From Eledone cirrhosa (lineage: Eukaryota), in the NCBI GenBank assembly GCA_964016885.1, contig OZ024743.1:126790001-126854000 (forward strand): 64,000 nucleotides of DNA, read 5' to 3'. Under the pieces are notes generated by a model, which worked only from the letters and a program-made list of their open reading frames with translations, was not told the origin of the DNA and searched no databases. This document shows positions 13,466 to 27,406 of this stretch, one piece after another. The first letter of the stretch is position 1. Each line of letters starts with the position of its first letter. Made by a program: the position numbers and the translations under genes.

Positions 13466-14751
13466 TCGCCCGAGGCAGAAAGTACGCCACAGTAGACGTA
13501 CTTTTCTCCACCCCGCAAGAAGCGAAGTCTCACTTTTTAGAAACCCTAAATAGTGAAGAGATAGTCTTGGTGCCCTCCTACTGCGGGCAGCAAATTGTGA
13601 GGGTCAAAGTGACCCAGGTCCCACCATACGTGCCCATACCTTGGCTGGCCGCGTCTGTCCTTGCTGGAGTCGAGGACAGGACGACCATGCTGCAAGTAGA
13701 GAAAATAGGGAGAGAGAACTGGTCAGGTATAGGCATGCAAATGCTTATACAAACTGACCAGGATTGTATCGACGCTATCCCCGATATCATAGACCTCGAG
13801 GAAGGACTCCAACTCCCTATAAGCGTGGAAGGAAGACGGCCAAAATGTTATCTCTGTGGGTCAAAGGGTCACCTGCAGAAGACAGCAAAGAAGAAGGCCC
13901 CTCTCCTTCCAATACCTGGTCCGCTGCTACCAAGAGCAGGGCAGGAAACAAACGCAGAAGCCCCTTCCACGGTGAGTAGGAGGGCAACGTCCGTGGCACC
14001 CGTACCAAGGCTACGGACAACTAAAGCAGCAGCATCAATGGCGGCAACACTAGTAGCTACATTTGCAGTAGCTGCACCAGCAAAAAGATCACCGGAATAG
14101 GCTCCACTACCACCACCACCAACAGCCGTGGAACACATACCCCTCCCAGACGCCACGGAATCCGACATGGAGTCTGAGGCGGGAGTGAAGTGGCAAACGG
14201 TCTGCCACAAAAAAAAAGAAAAAAGAAAAAAACCCTTAGCTTCACCCTCCAAAAGCGAAGGCACACAAAGAAGGGTAAAGGCTGCAAGGAGACTTGCAGC
14301 AACACCACCACCATCACCATCACCACCACCTCCAACAACAACCACACCACCACCAGCATCACCAAAAACACCAACAACGCAAACACAACAAAACACACAC
14401 ACCAAACAGCAACAAGAAGAAAACAACAACAAAATCACCCCTCGCTCAAAAAAGTACACAGCCATAAACATGGCAAATAAAGAACTCATACAATATATAA
14501 AGCAGCACACAGACATCACAGAAAAAAACTACTTCACCCCACCAATACCAAGAACTCTCCCGACAAACATAAGCATCATTGATATCAAAATAGAACAGTA
14601 CAAACTTTTAAAACAAAAATTCCCCAACGCAGTTGGAGACTTCAGTGGGTCGGTTACCAAGAGGATATACACTGACATCCTCTTGGAAACACCCATGACC
14701 AGCCAAAGGGACGGTTCTACTGTCCCTTCACCACACGATCAATGTAAGTGA
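13466..14751 (+). pseudogene. LINE ORF1 (gag-like: RRM-like region, zinc knuckle, Pro/Thr-rich tail), disrupted
   Basis: Homologous to 18830-20338; in-frame stop at 14098-14100. Confidence 0.85.
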
Positions 14752-14783
14752 CCCTTTCTCACTTGCCCCGTTTCTCATCCAAC

Positions 14784-17700
14784 ATGGCCGTACTTAGAAT
14801 AGGCAGTACAAATGCACGTGGCCTGGGGTCATCTTGGAAGCAGGGTCACCTGCTCAACGACCTCAGGTCACTAAACATAAATGTGGTGGCCATCAGCGAG
14901 ACCAGAATCTCCGAAGCACGAGCCTTCGCAACGATCTTCGGCGGCTACGATGTATACGCATCTCCCAGCCATCCAGGATCGAGGGGGTGGTTGCGGTCCT
15001 TTTTCGGAGTGGCTTGGATCTCGCCATACGGGCCATCTTCCTGGACCCAGAAGGTAAGTCGGTGGTGCTGGACGTGACCGGCAGCGAAGGCAATGCTTTC
15101 AGGCTAGTAGCCGTCTACGCCCCAACTGGGGCAGGACGGCCAGATTTCTTCAGACGTCTAAAGACCTTTCTTGGAACGTCCCGCTCTTTAGTGTTAGTGG
15201 GCGACTGGAACGGTATCTTGGATGCACGCTGGGATTGTGTGGGGCTAGTGGATAGGGGAGGAGGGTGCAAGAGCCCCACCAACCTGCTCAGACGTTTTGA
15301 ACTGTCTGACAGGTATCGACTGGATCACCCGAATGTGCCAATGTAGATGTGGACAAACCGCATCGGGTCATCCAGATCGTATCTCGATAGGGTAGTATAA
15401 GTTGTCCACAATTTAAAATAGTCGACGACACAGACCTCAAATTTGTGATCTGTGAGATCGACATAGACAGACTTCATAGACAAGGACCCGGTTACTGGAA
15501 GCTGAACGCGTATTACCCGGCGCACAAAGCCTACAGAGACCGGATTAGAGTATTAGTTAAGCGGGCGTTGACGGGATCGGTCGTCAACAACAGGTGGTGG
15601 TTCGCCCTGAAAAGGGCAATTAAAGTAGAGTCGATTAGGTTTATCAAAGGACTAGTGATAGAGGAACATAGAGTAGAGGGAGAGCTAGTCAGAAAGCTGG
15701 AAGAGGCGTTTAGGACAGGCATCGCAACCAACGTGCTTGCGGCGAGATTAGCACTCGACCAATTCTTTTTAGCAAAACACGAAGGCTGCGTTGTCAGAGT
15801 TAGAGCGCGTGCTCTGAAACACGATAGGACAAAAGCTGACTAATGGGCCCGGGTGGCAGAGGCGCGACGTGGCAACGAAGCCACAATTCGGTCTTTATCT
15901 GACTAAAACGGGCGCGTGTTGCTCGAACCCGAGCGGATGTGTGGGGCTTTTCAGCAGCACTTTGCTGAACTATTCGGGAGCAGCAGTGAGCCGGATCGGG
16001 GTATGGACTTCAGTGCATACCTCGACGGATTGCCCCGGCTCTCGACGACCGCAGCACAGTGTTGCGAAAAGCCAATAACAGCCGGTGAAATACGGGAAGC
16101 GATGGCTAACTGCACGAGGGGTAAATCGCCAGGTTTGGATGGTCTGCCCTACGAGCTTTATGCATTTATGCCAGACTTGTTCGGTGACCTCTTGGCAGAC
16201 GGTGACCTCTTGGCAGCAGAACGGGGGCATTCCCAGTTTTGTGAGCCGGGGAGCGGTGGCGCTGCTGAGAAAAGACCTGAACAAGGGGAATGTTATCGAT
16301 AACTTCAGGCCCATAACCCTGCTAAACGCAGAGTTCAAGATTTTGGCCAAGGTGTTAGCAACGAGGTTGACGCTTGTCGTTGCGGGTCTGGTGGGAGAGG
16401 CGCAGACATGCGCCATTCTGGACAGATCCATACACGACAACCTCCACCTCATGCGATAAACCGTAGAGAAGGTGGTTAAGGAACCTGGCACGAGTGGGGC
16501 CCTGATCAACTTGGATCAATCCAAAGCATTAGATAGGGTCGACCATCGGTATCTGACGGCGGTCCTCGAGGCAGCCGGTTTCGGGCCCGTTTTCAGGGGT
16601 TGGATCGCTGCGATGTACAGTGACATCTGCTCAGTTGTGAGGATGAACGGTCACCTGTCGCAGCCGTTCAGCATCATGCGCTCGGTCCGTCAGGGTTATC
16701 CCCTCTCGTCCCTCTTGTACGTATTGGCTCTCGAGCCGTTACCGCACAAACTGGGGGCGATGAGAGGCGTCACACGCAAACTAGGATGCGGGAAATCCGA
16801 GTCGGCTTACGCCGACGACGTCACCGTGGTGGTGTCGAGCACCAGACACGTCCAGATGCTCGACACCGCTCTCAAGGAATACGAATCGGTGACAGGAGCA
16901 AAGGTAAACCAGCAAAAGTCGGTTGACTTGCAGCTCGGCACCTGGAGAGGCAAGTCCATGCCGTCCGACAGCGTCGTGGGGCGTTGGACAGACGGACCGG
17001 TTAAATTGCTCGGGGTCTGGTTCGGATCGGACCTCCAGATGGAGAAAAACTGGAGCGAGGTGACGAGCAGGGTGGCCTCCCTCACCCAGGAATGGGCCAA
17101 GAGGAAGCTGTCCCTAAAAGGACGGGCGGAAGTGGCGAATGCGTATATCGCATCCGTCATCTGCTACCGCCTCACCGTCGTCCCTTGCCCAGCCCAACTC
17201 TCACCAAAATGGAGCGCCTACTCTTCCGCTTTTTGTGGAAGGGACGCGCTCCCATGGTCAGACGATCCATCTGCTGTCAACACCCGTTGCGTGGAGAACT
17301 GGGCATGTAATGGCTGATGATGCGCAAACATGCGTTGAGGCTGCGACATCTCTGGTGCTTCCTTGACGGTGAACAGGTGTGGTCGTCGTTCGCCAGGCAC
17401 GTTTTCCCACAGCTCTTCTCCTTGACGGAGCTCCAGTCCTGGGTCAGGAAAAGACCGAGGGATAGCGCTTGGAAACTGGAATGTCTCCAGGCACTCACCG
17501 CCCTCTGCCAGCTGGGCCTCAGTATCGGTGGAACATCCACCTCGGCGTTCTATAGAGGACTAGTGGAGAGGAAGAGCGACGACGTTCTCGGAGAGATCCT
17601 GGGCGTCGAAGAAGATCAGCTGTTTGCTCTCTTCCGGAGAACTTTCAGCTCAGGGCCTATGGATAACTTGCAAAAATCCCTGGCCTGGCATTGCTACCGG

Positions 17701-17790
17701 GGAACGTTGCCGGTTCGAGGTAAGGTCTATAGGCATGGAAGTGCCGTCAGCCGAGCCTCTCCGAGATGCGCTCAGAGCGACTAAACCGTC
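14784..17790 (+). pseudogene. LINE ORF2 (AP endonuclease plus reverse transcriptase), frameshifted, C-terminus deleted
   Basis: GSTNARGL, ISET, VGDWN, GPGYWKLN, KSPGLDG, RPITLLN, DQSKALDRVDH, VRQG.PLS, AYADD, LLGVWF, spread across several frames with stops. Confidence 0.92.
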
Positions 17791-17995
17791 GTGCCTATTG
17801 GGGAATTTTTCATTGTTTGAATTTTTATTTTTATTGTTTATATATATATATGTTTCTGTTTTTTTTTCTTTTTCGTTTCTTATATAAATAATAAAAATCT
17901 TTACACGCACAAAACCCACATCGTACCGCCCTGTACCGTCCTGTACCGTCTGTAATGTTTTTTCTTGATGTCAGCCCTTGTGGCCAATAAAGAAA

Positions 17996-18030
<35 letters not shown>

Positions 18031-18245
18031 GGCGACCTACGTAGTAAATCGTATCATCGTGAGCTCCGCAAAGGTTTGTTATTTTTAGTTGTTTAAAATT
18101 GCCATTTATGGAAAATTTTTATTGTTAACTGTATATAAGTGCACATACATTGATTTCTGAAAAGGATACTCAAAAATATTGGGGCCTTGAGCCCAAAATT
18201 TAAACTTTTTATAATTATCAAACAAAAATTTTTCTTTGAAAAATC

Positions 18246-20338
18246 ATGGCTATCTCAGAGTCACTCCTTCCTCACACTCTAACACCTCACACCGACACCA
18301 CCATTGTAAATATTGCTACGTTTGCCAACACTGGAAATGTAAGCAGTACCAATATTTTAAATTTGTCTCAGGCAGACGTTCATTTCCCGCCATTACCAAT
18401 GACTGCAGGTGTTAAAGCCACCACCACCACCACGACAAACATCACCCCCACCGCCACAGCGACAACAGAAACAAAAGAAAAAATAAATTAACTCGTGATA
18501 TCGAAATGAATTCAACCAAAATGAACTCTTCCACACCGAATACCACTGACGCCACCACCACCACAATTGAAACTAAAATTAACAATAGCAAAAATAACGT
18601 TAACAACAACAGCAACAATGAAATTAAGAAAACTACCCTGAGTTTTGCCAGAGTAGCAAAAGCGTGCGAAGCGATCCAGGTAACTCAGGAGGAATTAGTA
18701 GAAGCCAAAGGAATGGTAAAGAAAGATGGGTACAGGGTCAGCCTCCCCCCCCCCCCCCACCTAATAAAATGGATCATCGGCGCCTATGCACCGTGTCTTA
18801 TCGGACAATTAACATAAAAGCTTTGGGACATGTGTGGGCAAAAAAAAACCCACATCAGACGTGGGCAGAAGTATGGAACCGTAGACGTGTTCTTTGATAC
18901 ACCACAGAAGGCCAGAGAACACTCCATGGCCCCATTAAGAAGTGACGACTTCACACTCGTCCCAAGCTATTGTGACCAGAGACTTGTGAAGATCAGGGTG
19001 ATCCACGTTCCACCGGCCATCGAAATTCCCTGGCTAATGGCTGCCGTCCTCGCCGGCATCGAGGCCAACACCAAAATAATAGAAATAGCAAAAGAAAAGC
19101 ATGAGAACTGGTCCGGATCTGGGATGGAGCCCCGGATCCAAGCGGACCATAAAAGCATTAAGGAGATCCCAGAGGTAATAGACCTCACTGACGGCAGCCA
19201 CCTCACCGTAATCGTCGAGGGCAGAAGACCTAGGTGTGTCGTTTGTGGTGAAGGAACCCACCTAAAGGCTTTCTGCCCTCAGGCTAAAAGGTTGAGACCA
19301 CCTCTCTTACCCACCCCAGTGACTCAACCATCAACACCACCAGCAGCAGAAATGGCAGCAACAACAGAAGCAACTGTAACAGCAACAACCCCAGCAACAG
19401 TAGCAAAACCAACACCACCACCACCACCACCCAACGCGCCAGAACTAGCACCAGCGCCTACACCATCCACCACGCCACAACCAAAACCAACGCCTGTGGA
19501 GGACTTTCCACTCTCCGGCTTATCGCAACTGGAGACAGATTGTGACGACGAGGAGTGGGAAACGGTATCAGGAAAAAAGAAAAAAAGAAACCAAAAAAGA
19601 AAAAATTCTCTTCCTTCCCCCTCCAAAAACAAAATACAGAGGGAAACAAATAAATTAACAAGCAAAAAGGTTAGGACAGATATGCCACCATCCACACCGG
19701 CATCACCAACCCCATCACCACAAACACCAACAGCATCACCATCATTAACCCCAACACCACCATCACCAACACCACAAAAGTCACCAAAAAGCGTAACAGA
19801 AACAAACCCACAACAAACGCAAACAAAACAAAACAACCAAAACGATACACACTACACAGCATTAAATTTGAACAGTGGATTGGCAGTATCGGTAGAGGGT
19901 CGGACGCCATGCTTTCCAGCATAGTTACGTCCCTTTACGATCTGAGTTCAAATCCCGCCGAGGTTGACTTTGCCTTTCATCCTTACGGGGTCGATAAAAT
20001 AAAGTACCAGTAATGCACTGGGTAATTTGCTGGCCTTGTGCCTAAAGTAGAAACAATTAAATTTGAACAACAACCAATTATTACACTACATGCAACACAA
20101 CACCAGCATCACAGAAAAAGACTACACAACAACCCAAAAGTTCACACCACCTCCACACATACAAATCACTCGCATCACACAGAAAACGTACCCGACACTA
20201 AAACAAAATTTCCCCAAAGACATCGGAGACTTCCGACAAACACTCTCCAGGAGGATTTATAAAGACATCCTTCCGGAGGAGGCCACAAGCAGTGAAAAGG
20301 ATGGACAAACCATCCTTCCTCTACGAGAAGTAAGGTAA
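18246..20338 (+). pseudogene. LINE ORF1 with CCHC knuckle, frameshifted and SINE-interrupted
   Basis: CVVCGEGTHLKAFC; SFARVA motif; basic KKKKRNQKRK segment; SINE at 19875-20055. Confidence 0.85.
19875..20055 (+). mobile_element. tRNA-derived SINE (family 1) with 14 bp TSD
   Basis: TSD attaaatttgaaca at 19861-19874 and 20056-20069; A box tggcagtatcgg; B box gagttcaaatccc. Confidence 0.9.
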
Positions 20339-20372
20339 GTGGTCTTTCCCATCTTTTCCACTCCATTTCAAC

Positions 20373-23300
20373 ATGACCTCTCTCAGAATAGGCAGCATAA
20401 ATGCGCGTGGCTTGGAGTCGTCATGGAAGCAGGGCCACCTGCTCAACGAGCTCAGGTCACTAAACATAGATGTAGTGGCCATCAGCGAGACCAGAATCTC
20501 CGAAGCACGGGCCTTCGCACCGATCTTCGGCGGCTACGATGTGTACGCATCTCCCAGCCGGGACTGTGTGGGATTAGCGGATAGGGGAAGAGGGTGCAAG
20601 AGCCTCACCAACCTGCTCAGGCGTTTTGAACTGTCTGACAAGTACCGATTGGATTTCCCGAATGTGCCAATGTGGACTTGGACAAATCGCATAGGGTCAT
20701 CCAGATCATATCTAGATAGAGTAGTTTGTAGAGAAATAGATAGGTCTAGCATAGGCTGTCCACAATTCAAGATAGTCAGCTACACGGACCACAAATTCGT
20801 GATCTGTGTGCTTGATAGGCTTCATAGACGAGGACCCGGCTACTGGAAGCTAAACGAGTCCTTACCAGCGCGCAAGGCCTACAGAGACCGGATTAGCGAA
20901 CTAGTTAAGCGGGCGTTGACGGGGGCCATCGTCAACAACAAGTGGTGGTTTGCTCTGAAAAGGGCAATTAGAATAGAGTCCATTAGGTTTAGTAAGGCTT
21001 TAGCAATAGAGAAAAATAGAGCAGAGGGAGAATTAGTTAGAAAATTAGATGAGGCGCTTAGCAAAGGCATCGCGACCGACGTACTTGCGGCGGAATTGGC
21101 CCTTGACCAATTCTTCAATGCAAAGCACGAAGGCTGCGTTGTCAGAGCTAGGGTGCGTGCTCTCAGACACGAGGGGACGAAAGCCGTTCAATGGGCTCGA
21201 GTGGCGGAGGCACGCCGTGGCAACAAAGCCACGATCCGGTCTTTGGTGGACCACGACGGGCGCATGCTACTCGATCCCGGGCAAATGTGTGAAGCTTTTC
21301 AGCGACACTTCGCTCAGTTGTTCAGGGGCAGCGGCGGGCCGGATCGAGGGATGGACTTTAGTGTCTACCTCGACGAACTGCCGCGGCTCTCGGCCACTTA
21401 GGTGGAGTGTTGCGAAAAGCCGATAACAGCCGCTGAAGTACGGGAGGCAATGATTAGCTGCACAACGGGTAAATCGCCTGGTTTGGATGGTCTGCCCTAT
21501 GAACTTTACGTACAGATGCCAGACTTGTTCGGATGCCTCTTGGCGGACGTCTACTGCAACTGGAAACAGAACGGGAGAATTCCCAGCTCTGTGAACCGAG
21601 GAGCTGTGGCGCTGCTGAGAAAGGATCCGAACAAGGGGGATAACAGATAATTTCAGGCCCATAACTCTGCTAAACACAGAGTTCAAGATTTTGGCCAAGG
21701 TGCTAGCAAGGAGGTTGGCGCTTGTCGTTGGTGGTCTGGTGGGAGAGGCGCAGACGTGCGCCATTCCCGACAGATCCATCCACGACAACCTCCACCTCAT
21801 GCGATACATCGTAGAGAGGGTAGCTAGGGAACCTGGCACGGGTGGGTCCTTGATCAATTTAGATCAGTCGAAAGCTTTCGATAGGGTCGACCATCGTTAC
21901 CTAGCAGCAGTCCTGAGGGCGGCTGGCTTTGGGCCCGTCTTCAGAGGCTGGATCGCTGCCATGCACAGCGACATCTGCTCTGTGGTGAGAGTGAACGGTC
22001 ACCTTTCGGAACCGTTCAACATCATGCGTTCGGTCCGCCAAGGATGTCCCCTCTCGTCTCTTTTGTACGTATTGACTCTCGAGCCATTACTGCACAAACT
22101 GGAGACGTTGAGGGGGGTCCCGCGCGAACTAGGATGCGGAAGATCCGTGTCAGCATATGCAGACGATGTCACCGTAGTGGTGTCGAACGCCAAACACATC
22201 GAGGCGATCGGCACTACACTAAGGGAATACGAAGCGGTGACAGGAGCAATGATCAACCAGGAAAAGTCAGTGGGCCTGCAGCTCAGCACCTGGAGAGGCA
22301 GGTCCATGCCGTCCAATAGCGTCGTCGGGCGTTGGACGGACGGACCGGTTAAATTGCTTGGGGTCTGGTTCGGTCCGGACCTCCAGACGGACAAAAACTC
22401 GGACGAGGTGACGAGCAGGGGGGCTTCTCTCACTTAGAAATGGGCGGAGAGGAAGCTATCCCTGAAAGGTCGAGCGGAGGTGGCTAACGCGTACATCGCG
22501 TCCGTCATCTACTACCGCCTGACCGTCGTACCTTGTCCTAAGCCCCGCCTGACTGCGCTGGAGCGTTTGCTCTTTCGCTTTTTGTGGAAGGGACGCGCTC
22601 CGATGGTCAGGCGGTCCATCTGCTGTCAACACCCGCTACGTGGAGGGCTGGGCATGCCGTGGCTGATGATGCGCAGACACGCGCTCAGGCTAGGACATCT
22701 CCACCTCTTCCTTGACGGCGATCAGGTGTGGTCGCCGTTTGCTAGACACGTCTTTCCCCAGCTCATCTCCTTGGCGGAGCTGCAGTCCTGGGTCAAGCGA
22801 AGACCGAGAGGGAGCGCTTGGAGAATGGAATGTCTTCAGGCGCTCACAGCCCTCGACCAATCGGGCAATGTGATCGGTGGAAACTCCACCTTGGCGTTCT
22901 ATAGAGGATTAGTGGAGGGGAAGAGCGACGACGTACTTGGAGAAACTCTAGGCGTCGACGAAAATCAACTAGCCAATCTCTTCGGGCCGGGGCCTATGGA
23001 CAACTTCCAGAAATCCCTGGCCTGGCAGTGCTACCGAGGAGCTTTGCGAGTTCGGGATAAACGCTACAGGCATGGAGGTGCCGTCAGCCGGGCATCTCCG
23101 AGATGCGCGCAGGGCGACGAAACCGTCCTGCACGCACTCGTCCAGTGTCCGAGCATTGCTGACTTGTGGGTTTATGTCGAACACCTGCTGTCACGTGTAG
23201 GACGGATCCAGTTATCAGCTGAGTCCTTCGTGAGGATTGCCCTGCCCTCTTCCTTTAGCCGGGAAGGGCAGGCAGTTTTTATCTGTCTGGTGGCCATGGC

Positions 23301-23511
23301 GAAAGAGATAGTATGGTGGACACGTTTGAAAGGGCTGAAGACGAGCACTTACCTCTTCGGTGATGCCCTGATTAACTTTTTCAAATTTCATTTGAAAAGG
23401 AAAATCAGGGTAGAGAAGGAAGTGCTCTCTTCCCAGCATTTTGTTGAAAGATGGGTGAGAGAAGCAAGTATGGCCCGAGTGAATGGGCCTACTCTGAGTA
23501 TGTGTCTGTAA
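20373..23511 (+). pseudogene. LINE ORF2 (APE, RT, C-terminal Cys/His domain) with stops, a frameshift and an internal APE deletion
   Basis: SYLDR, TDH, DQSKAFDRVDH, VRQGCPLS, AYADD, (S)PRC..GDETVLHALVQC. Stops at 21399 and 22435. Confidence 0.93.
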
Positions 23512-23724
23512 ATTAAAGGTGGTCAGGGTCACTGTGGTCTTTTAATGGGCTTTCTCCACAAATGTCCCTCGGAAGTCTCCCCCCTATTGGAGAATTTTTC
23601 ATTGTTATTTTTTATACATCCTCTGTTTTTTTTACACGCAGAAATGCCCATTTGTACCGTCCTGTATTGTCCTGTACTGTCCTTAATGTCTACTTTATGT
23701 AAACCCTTGTGGTTAATAAAGAAA

Positions 23725-23828
<104 letters not shown>

Positions 23829-24714
23829 TATGAATAAACGAGAGAACCTCTACGTGATCGCTCCAACTAATCAGTTAAACCTTCTACTTCTTCATCCATT
23901 TATTCCTGAGAGGGTCGTGAGGGAAGAGTCCTTAAACACTCCTTCTCGCCAAGCGTGACCAGCCAAGTTCACTTAAACCTATAATCTTAACAGAAAAAAA
24001 ACATTGCGAATTTAGTGACCAATATACAAACAGATGGGATGGCCATGGCAAAAACGCTTTTGATCAAAAGTTACGTTGGATCAGGACTGAGCTGTCGTTA
24101 AATAATAACCTGACTGTTGATATACAGAAATTCTTAAACATTCTCATAGAAAAACCTAGTCTACATAATGTGTAAGCTTGTGTATGGGTCTGTGAGAGAG
24201 AGAGAGAGAACGCGCATGTGTGAGCGTGAGTGTAAGTGTGGTTATGTGTGTGTGTGTAGGTGGGTGTGTGTGTAGGTGTTTATGCGTCTGTGTGTGTGTG
24301 TGTGTGTGTATGTGCGTGTGTGTGTGCATGTGTGTAGGTGTTAGTGTGTGTGAGTGTGTGAGCGTGTGTGTGTGTGTGTGTGTGTGTGTGAGTGTGTGAG
24401 CGTGTGTGTGTGTGTGTGTGTGTGCATGTGTGTAGGTGTTTATGTGTGTAAGAGTGTGTGAGCGTGTGTGTGTGTGTGTGTAGGTAGGTGGTTATATATG
24501 TGAGAGTGTGTGAGTGAGTGTGTGTGAGTGAGTGTGTGTGTGTGTGTGTGTGCGTGTGCATGTGTGTACATGTTCGAATCATACGAGGGTGCACCGACAT
24601 ATTTGAATTTGCGGCTTTTTTGTAAATTTAATATTTAAGGCGCGAGAAATATATTCATCGCAATTGTTGATGGCGCGGATACACAATACACACCATCCAC
24701 GTCACCATCGTGAT

Positions 24715-25887
24715 CATCATCAGCAGAAGCAGCAGCAAGAGGACTAACACCATCATTATCATTATCATCATCACTTCCACCATCAGTATCATCACCACCA
24801 CCACAAGCACCACCACCATCGCCACCACCACCATCGCCACAATCACCACCAGCACCACCACCATCACTATCACCACCATCACCACAATCACCACCAGCAC
24901 CACCACCATCACTATCACCACAAGCACCACCACCACCATCACCACAAGCACCACCACCATCGCCACCACCACCATCGCCACCACCACCATCGCCACAATG
25001 ACCACAAGCACCACCACCATCACTACACCACAAGCACCACCACCACAAGCACCACCACCATCGCCACCACCACCACCACCACCATCGCCACAATCACCAC
25101 AAGCACCACCACCATCACTATCACCACAAGCACCACCACCACCATCACCACAAGCACCACCACCATCGCCACCACCACCATCGCCACCACCACCATCACC
25201 ACGTGCACCACCACCATCGCCACCGCCACCATCACCACAAGCACCACCAGCACCACCAGCACCATCACCACCACCATCACCACCACCACCACTACCACCA
25301 TCACCACAAGCACCGACACCATCGCCACCAGCACCACCACCATCACCACCATCGCCACCACCACCACCATCACCGCCACCACCACCACCAACACCACAAG
25401 CCCCACCACCACCACCACCACCATCACCACCACCACCACCACCATCATCACCACCACCATCACCACCATCACCACCACCACCGCCAACACCACAAGCCCC
25501 ACCACCATCACCACTACCACCACCATCACCACCACCACCACCATCACCACCACAACCGCCACCACTACCACCACCACCACCACCACCACCACCACCACCA
25601 CCACTACCACCACCACCACCACCACCATCACCAGCACCAGCACCACAACCATCACCACTACCACCATCATCACCACCACCACCACCACCACTACCACCAC
25701 TATCACCACCACCACCACCGCCACCACTACCACCACCACCATCATGATCATCATCGTCATCATCATTATTATCATCATCATCGTCACCGTTTCAATCACC
25801 ATCTTCGCTGTCGCCATCGTAATTGTCATCACCACCAACACCCTCATAATTATCTCCTCTATCATCTCCATCATCATCATCACCCTC

Positions 25888-25937
<50 letters not shown>

Positions 25938-25940
25938 TGA
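24715..25940. repeat. (CAC/CAT)n tract followed by (TAA)n
   Basis: Seen directly. Confidence 0.9.
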
Positions 25941-26271
25941 ATAATAACATCAAACAGCGAAACAAAAGCCTCAAATATTAATGAAGAACATTTGTTCCCC
26001 CTCGTCATTGTCCCCCCCCCCCCCCTCCCCCCGAGCTGCCCATGACCTCTCCACCATGACAGGAGCTGTCGTGCCCCTCTCCCAACACTGGGGTACAACG
26101 AGGACATGTTCGATGACTCGATGACTCAAACAGTGTTGTGAGTCATATGTCAGCGATTGTTAGAAAACCGAGGTAATGTTGTGGAGACTATGGGTGGGGA
26201 GTATGTAACACGCGATGGCAGCCAGTGTCGAGACATTCATAATATGTACATTTAGGTCTATATATATATAT

Positions 26272-26450
26272 ATAGGAAAATGTTTAATCCCGACGGCAGA
26301 GCTCAAGCCGTTTCGACGGCTATTTCTGGAAACGGCTTGAGCTCTGCCGTCGGGGCTAAACATTTTCCTATTACCCACTCTACTACCCTAAGTATTGAGT
26401 ACTCTGGTGCGTTATGGTCCATCTGGTTCCTTACCACACCTCCTTCGATA
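26272..26450. mobile_element. Family A fold-back insertion, opposite orientation to 2187
   Basis: Hairpin at 26273-26371 plus the shared ttacccactctactaccctaagtattgagtact... tail. Confidence 0.8.
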
Positions 26451-26660
26451 TTTATATATATATATGTGTATATTCTTATACTTGGGGAGGGTCATAATGT
26501 TGTAATAATATTGCCAGAAATAATAACAGAACACACTCATGTTTGGTTGGTTTTCGCTTCTGTATCTTTTGTATCTCCACAGTTAATTTATTTGGTCCTC
26601 AATGTTTATCATTGACTGACCAACGGTCAAAAATACAGATATAAACACATATATATAGTC

Positions 26661-26705
26661 TAACAAAGTTCTTTCGTTGCACATCTGCAACATCATCAGT
26701 GCTAC
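26661..26705 (-). ncRNA. Minimal type I hammerhead ribozyme
   Basis: Minus strand reads tagca-CTGATGA-t-gttgc-agatgt-gcaac-GAAA-g-aa-c-TT-tgtta: 5 bp stem I, 5 bp stem II, minimal stem III. Confidence 0.65.
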
Positions 26706-26824
26706 TATTATGTTCCTCCTATCAAAAACCTCGCAAAATAAATAAATAAATAAATAAATATATATATAAGTAGGTCGAATTTGCTTGCAAACCGCCAGAG
26801 ATTCGATTTTACTAAATTTCCAAT

Positions 26825-26857
<33 letters not shown>

Positions 26858-27249
26858 TATATATATAAGTTTATCCCGGGTTCAATCGGGGGTAACCACA
26901 GTAAGTAAGGTACTCAATAAATAGCAGAGTATAAATATTTCGAAGCTTTTCATCATAATTTTAAAGTAAGAACCTTTGTTAAGTTATGTTCCAAATACCA
27001 GCTTAATAACAAGACAATTATTTCAAAACAGTTCGTATAAATATTTCGAAGCTTTTCATCATAATTTTAAAGTAAGTAATTTTAAAGTTATGTTCCAAAC
27101 GCCAGCTTAATAACGAGAACATTTGTTAAGTTACTAAATTTCTTAAATTCTTGATCACTTTCAAAATAACAATGACAACTATAATAACAGCAATAATGAA
27201 AAAAAAAAGGAAACAAAAGGAAAGAAAGAATAGGCATTTTTATCGATCA

Positions 27250-27327
27250 CGCCTAATATTCGCGGTTTTTCACTCTTCGCGCGTGGTGTAGCAACGTAAC
27301 TATCGCGAATACCGGGGGACAACTGTA
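27250..27327 (-). mobile_element. Single pogo/Tigger-like terminal inverted repeat fragment
   Basis: Minus strand reads TA-CAGTTGTCCCCCGGTATTCGCG; partner end not found. Confidence 0.45.
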
Positions 27328-27332
27328 TATAT

Positions 27333-27406
<74 letters not shown>

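Larger units (their letters stand above)
13466..18030 (+). mobile_element. Tx1/L1-type non-LTR retrotransposon, copy 1 (5'-truncated, decayed)
   Basis: ORF1 remnant with Cys/His knuckle (CYLCGSKGH), ORF2 with APE and RT motifs, AATAAA and an (ATT)n tail. The 5' flank is also (ATT)n. Confidence 0.92.

Noticed and set aside
19880-19960. tRNA genes at A/B-box motifs (also 30990, 34590, 38480, 41150)
   Set aside because: No cloverleaf; each continues into a multicopy SINE body.
24710-25940. Pro-rich (extensin-like) and poly-His ORFs
   Set aside because: Translations of (CAC)n repeats with no flanking gene structure.
26931-27115. TGATGA..GAAA on the minus strand within a ~106 bp tandem duplication
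   Set aside because: Lacks C3 and has no proper stem II or stem I; probably chance in AT-rich repeat DNA.
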